Assembly (NCBI GenBank): GCA_951406725.2
Contig: OX597825.1
Coordinates: 77,810,001-77,874,000 of the forward strand
Reading direction: 5' to 3'
Origin: Octopus vulgaris
Lineage: Eukaryota
Length of the DNA stretch: 64,000 bases
Of this stretch, positions 58,315 to 64,000 are shown piece after piece. The position numbers were made by a program, and so were the translations under genes. Each line of letters starts with the position of its first letter. The stretch's first letter is position 1. The notes beneath the pieces are model-generated. The model ran no database searches and had not been told where the DNA came from. It saw only the letters and a list, made by a program, of their open reading frames with translations.

Positions 58315-59228
58315 ATGCATATATGTGTGTATGTTTGTATGTATGTATGTATACGCAATATGCATATATACACATACACATACTTAATTGCACGCCAAGA
58401 TACAGAATGCTAGACACAATGATATATAATGATGTATATACATACACACAAACTCAAACGAATAGGTTCAATGTTATACACGCACACATTCACAAACACA
58501 CACACAAACACGCATAAAAACCCACCCCCACACACACACAACTACATTCAAATACATAGAAATCAAGTTCAATGTCATACACATACATGTACACACGCAA
58601 GCACATACATACACAAAAGAAACAAGCACAATTTTACACACGCACACACAAACATACACACATATACTTACACAGGAACACAATCGCACACACACACTGG
58701 TACACATACGCTTACACACACATACGCTCACACATGCATACATACATACATACATACATACATACATACATACATACATACATACATACATACATACATA
58801 CAAAACAAACATCATATAGCACACATTTAAAATGGCGGCTATGTTACAATATCCAATGAAAATGAACAACAAAAAGCGCAACAGTAAAAAATAAAAAAAA
58901 ATAAAGCAGAAATACTTGTACGTTATATTGATTAGTATAACAGAATTTCTAGGTTTATGCTAACCAGTAATTAGCTTAGCACAACCACCTCATTTAATAG
59001 CCAGCTATACAAGACAAACACCGTTTTTTACGAGACGTTACTACATCGAACGAAACACCATAAAACGCGAACGTCATCGAGAAAAATCTCTTCAGTTCTG
59101 TTACGCAAGAGATTTAACGCTAATTCGTTATAGCTTTATATATTTGACACAAGGAGGCGCTCTAGGTTGTTCTCTCAGTGCGTACGTATGCTTACATATA
59201 TCTGTCTGCGTGTGTATGTCTATGTCTG

Positions 59229-59266
<38 letters not shown>

Positions 59267-59572
59267 TTCTGTTCGTGTTGGGGTGAGTTGGTTCTTTTAT
59301 GTTATCAATTTTTTGTTGTTGTTGTTGTTGTTTGAGAGATGTTTTTTTGTGTGTGTGTATGTTGTCGTTTTTGTCTTTCGTATGTCTCTTTCAGTTTTTT
59401 TCTTGCCTGATTTCTTTTTTTTTTTTATTTTTGGTTTGTTTTTCTCCTTCAGGGGTGAGGTGGAGTTCATGTTTCTTCCGCCATTGTTTTATATTTTCAA
59501 ATTTCATTTTCACGTTCTGTGATAAAATTATTGTTAACGTTTCTCTTGTCATTTTCTGCCATTTAAGATTAG

Positions 59573-59653
<81 letters not shown>

Positions 59654-59690
59654 TCGCTATAAAAATAAAACTACTGAATAATAATAATAA

Positions 59691-60812
59691 AAACTGTTCT
59701 CAGTATTTAAGGAAGCTGACAAATACAAACAAGAAATCATACCACCTAATAAACATGAAGAAGAAGAAGAAGAAGAAGAAGAAGAAGAAGAAGAAGAAGA
59801 AGAAGAAGAAGAAGAAGAAGAAGAAGAAGAAGAAGAAGAAGAAGAAGAAGAAGAAGAAGAAGAAGAAGAAGAAGAAGAAGAAGAAACAACAAAAGCTATA
59901 AAACAAATGAAATCCAAACTAAAAGTAGAACAGCAACGAACCATGATAAAACGATGGCAAGAAAAGCCCCTTCATGGTAAATACTGGACTAAACTAAACG
60001 CAAAAGAAATAGACAAAGAAAAATCCCAGCAATGGTTGAGAAGCTCAGGACTCAAAGCAGAAACAGAGGGATTTTTAATTGCAGCACAAGACCAAAGCCT
60101 CCCCACCAGAAATTACCAAAAACATGTAATGAAAAGAAATATTACAAGTAACTGCAGAATATGTGGAGATGGACAAGAAACAATAAATCATATTATCTCT
60201 AGCTGCCCAGTCCTGGCTAAGAAGGAATATATTCACAGACATGACAGAGTTGGAACCTACATACATTGGAAGCTATGCCAACATTATGGAATAACAACAG
60301 AAAAAAGATGGTATAGGCACACACCAGAAAAGGTCACAGAAAACGAGAAAACAACCATACTCTGGGATATGCCGATACACACAGATAGAGAAATTAAGGC
60401 CAACAGACCAGATATAGTTGTCAGAGATCATGAAGAAAAAAATGCTTTCTAATTGATGACAACGTGTCAGATGACAACGTGTCTCTAAAAGAAATGGAGA
60501 AACTCTCAAAATACAAAGACCTGGAAATAGAGGTAACTAGAATGTGGAATCTGAAAACAGAAACAATTCCTATCATAGTAGGTGCATTAGGCATGATAAA
60601 AAAATATTCAGACAAATACATAACAAAAACACCAGGACTTACAAACACATATAACATACAGAAAATTGCACTACTAAGCACTGCACACATCCTACGCAGA
60701 ACACTTTCCATACAATAACTATCAGAGCATCACAACAAATCACAGCACATACCCAAGGCACACAGAGCTGCGCTCGATAGTGAAGTGAAAGCACGCTATA
60801 AAAATAAAACTA

Positions 60813-60815
<3 letters not shown>
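59691..60815 (+). mobile_element. 5'-truncated R4/Dong-clade non-LTR retrotransposon (CCHC knuckle, restriction-like endonuclease and 3' UTR) inserted in (AAT)n
   Basis: ORF 59907-60452 carries 'LHGKY', 'ETEGFLIAAQDQ', 'CRICG...ETINHIISSC', 'RHDRV' and 'NRPDIVV'. It continues after a frameshift at about 60440 with 'KLSKYKDL...IPIIVGALG'. The 3' UTR ends AAAACTACTG followed by (AAT)n. Confidence 0.9.
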
Positions 60816-60871
<56 letters not shown>

Positions 60872-60875
60872 GAGC

Positions 60876-60930
<55 letters not shown>

Positions 60931-61145
60931 GTATGTGTGAGTATGTGTGTGTGTGGATCAAAACAATTTGATTCAAATTTTTAAAGTAATTAAGTTTCTA
61001 AGCATGATGCTAATCCTCAGCCATTGGAAAGTACTGAAGAAATTTAAATCAAACTGTTTTGATTCATACATGAAACTCTCAATAAATGTGTTGAGTGCCC
61101 TTCTTCCGTTCGTCCACTCACTCGCACGTTATGTAGGTATTTTAA

Positions 61146-61290
61146 GGCGTATGGCCTAGTGGTTGGGATGTTGCACTCGCGATCGCGAGATCGTGGTTTC
61201 AGTTCCCAGATCGGGTAGTGCGTTGTCTTCTTGAACAAACCAATTCATCTCACATCGCTCTGCAATCACTTCGACACCTGGACGTGTGGT
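61146..61290 (+). mobile_element. tRNA-headed SINE fragment
   Basis: GGCGTATGGCCTAGTGGTT...GGTTTCAGTTCCC head followed by non-tRNA body. Confidence 0.65.
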
Positions 61291-61702
61291 ATTACACGGT
61301 GCATCACAAGTGTTTGACGGAGAGTTTCTAGGACTCTACCAGCACCAATTTCTGACCTCGTAATTCCCCCTGTTGTAATCACATGGGTTACTATGGGTGG
61401 GGCACGGTTGAGAAGACACCAACTGTTTTTCCCGAAACAACAAGTGGCTGATCTGCCCAGGAAATCATAGAGGAACTCATGCATCAGGTTCCGGAGCTAT
61501 CTTTTAATATATGTACCATGATTAATTTCAACATGACATTACGTTCAAGCCAAGTATATACGTGTGTGTGGGGGGGGTGAAATTTGAACGAATGCACAAT
61601 GTTAGTGACTCGAAATATCGAGGAGGGAATTACTAGCTTCATACACAATTAACATACTCGACTGCATGTTTTGAGTTTTCTTCTATTCGTTTGGAATGAT
61701 TA

Positions 61703-62090
61703 GATGGATGGATGGATGGATGGATGGATGGATGGACGGACGGACGGACGGATGGATGGATGGATGGATGGATGGATGTACCGACGGCCCGACATATGGA
61801 TGGATGGATGGACCGACGGCCCAACAGATGGATGGATGATGGGTCGATGGATGGATGGATGGATGGATGGATGGATAGATGGGTAGATACCTGGAGTGGA
61901 AGAAGTGAAGAGTGGATGAATACATGGATGGAAGGAAGGACGAACGGACAGACAAACAAACGGACGGACGGACGGACGACAGACGGATAGAGACGGATGG
62001 ACGGGCAGACCGACCGACCGTCGGCTGAATATATGAACGGGCAGAAGAAAGGATGGTAGGTGGATGGAGGAATTGATGGACGGATGGTTG
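61703..62090. repeat. (GGAT)n/(GGAC)n compound microsatellite
   Basis: Directly visible; source of the MDGW/PSIH ORFs. Confidence 0.92.
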
Positions 62091-62454
62091 GGTGTATAGT
62101 TCTGGTGATCGGCCATTGTAGAAGATGATGATCATGTAGATATAATGAAACGCCGACAGACATAATGAAATATATTACAACGGAGGTGGAATGTAATGTT
62201 GTCAGGAAAAAAATACATTTGAACTCGTTAGAGTTAGAGACTCCCACTATATATGTTTGTGTATATAAGTACAAGCTGAGAAGAAAGGATAACAATTGTA
62301 GAAAGTGTAGAGAGGAGAGTGGGGGAGGATTGAGGGGCGGTGATGAATGGGGAGAGTGGGCGAAGAGGAGGAGAGAGGTGGTTGGTAGAGCCGGAGAGAA
62401 TCACTTCAGTTGTGTGTATAAGTGCATGCGTGTTCGTACGTATATATACATACA

Positions 62455-62568
<114 letters not shown>

Positions 62569-62689
62569 CATGCATGTATACTTTAATGTGTACACACGCA
62601 TACATACATTACACGTGTATATATACACAGATATATGCAGAGATGTATGCATGTGTATACATATAAATATATGTATGTACGTATGTATG

Positions 62690-62746
<57 letters not shown>

Positions 62747-62812
62747 ATATATATATATACTTATTTATATATATACGTATATATATACATATATATGCGT
62801 GTGTGTGTGTAC

Positions 62813-62843
<31 letters not shown>

Positions 62844-62897
62844 AGCGTGTGTGTGTGCATATATATATATATATATACATATATATATAAGCGTGTG

Positions 62898-62938
<41 letters not shown>

Positions 62939-63504
62939 AGAGAGAGAGAGAGAGAGGAGAGAGAGATTCCTACATACATACATACAGTTCAACACCGGCG
63001 GAAAACAATTGATGAAAGTGGGAATAGGAAGGAGTACCAGCGAGGTGGGTGATTCACCAAGAGAAGAAGGGGAGAGAATGAAAGGGAGAGAATAGAAAAG
63101 GGGAAGAGAAAGGGGGGAAGAAAAGAGTGAGAGAGAGACAGAAGGGCGATTATCCTGTGAGATAAGTAAGGAACTGGAAGAAATTTGATATTTTTTCGTA
63201 ATTGAAAATGTTGGAAGTAGAGAGTATTTGAGGAGCTGGCGGATATTTTTACATCTTTATTGAGAAAGATGAGCTTATAATAAATAAATGACATCGTATG
63301 CGTGTTTGTGTGTGTGTGAGTGTGTGTGTGTGTCAGTGTGTGTGAGTGTGTGTGTGAGTGTGTGTGTGTGTGTGTTGTATGTGTGCGTGTGTGTGTGAGT
63401 TATTATGTGTGTGTTTGTATGTGGTGATCTATCTATCTATCTATCTATCTATCTGTCTGTCTGTCTGTCTATTTGCCTATTTTTCTGTCTATCTACCTAC
63501 CTAC

Positions 63505-63555
<51 letters not shown>

Positions 63556-63556
63556 C

Positions 63557-63620
<64 letters not shown>

Positions 63621-63706
63621 ATCTCTGCCTTTCTATTGCATATATTATATGAATATATAAAATATATACATATATATTATATACATATAATAGATAGATA
63701 GATAGT

Positions 63707-63811
<105 letters not shown>

Positions 63812-64000
63812 TGATTGGCAGATAGATACACACATACACACACACACGGAGGTATTATGACAACCCTCCCTGGTTATGATAGAGTCTCGTCGATGGAAGT
63901 CCGCCTTCTCCCGTCCAATGATATTTTCATTATATACACGTCATTATTCAAATATATTTCAAGATTTCTTGTCAATAGAGAAAAGGCCGGTTTCCCACCT

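Noticed and set aside
62321-62360. Potential G-quadruplex
   Set aside because: The loops of 8 and 11 nt lie in a low-complexity purine tract, and there is no functional context.

Overview
This is AT-rich, microsatellite-saturated animal genomic DNA. Its repeat landscape looks like an octopod cephalopod genome, which is an inference from the SINE families and the (TA)n/(AAT)n/(GATA)n load. I can support only one host gene: the 3' end of a Cys-loop nicotinic acetylcholine receptor subunit on the + strand. It comprises the MA-helix exon (<1..108), a 28,014-bp phase-0 GT-AG intron and the terminal TM4 exon (28123..28299). Almost everything else is transposon debris: tRNA-headed SINEs of at least three families, mariner and Tc1 pseudogenes, pogo/Tigger-like and hAT-like MITEs, a non-autonomous Helitron, a CR1-group LINE 3' end and two R4/Dong-type RLE LINE fragments at (AAT)n tracts. 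The most notable unexplained structures are: (i) several short elements, often beside (TA)n, carrying minimal type-I hammerhead-ribozyme-like cores (Penelope pLTR/retrozyme-like), whose better-preserved intronic copies all lie antisense to the receptor transcript; (ii) near-perfect inverted repeats of 194 bp (in the last intron) and 79 bp (downstream of the stop codon); (iii) a five-copy 103-bp unit arrayed inside an (AAT)n tract. Nearly all ORFs in the supplied track are microsatellite translation artefacts.
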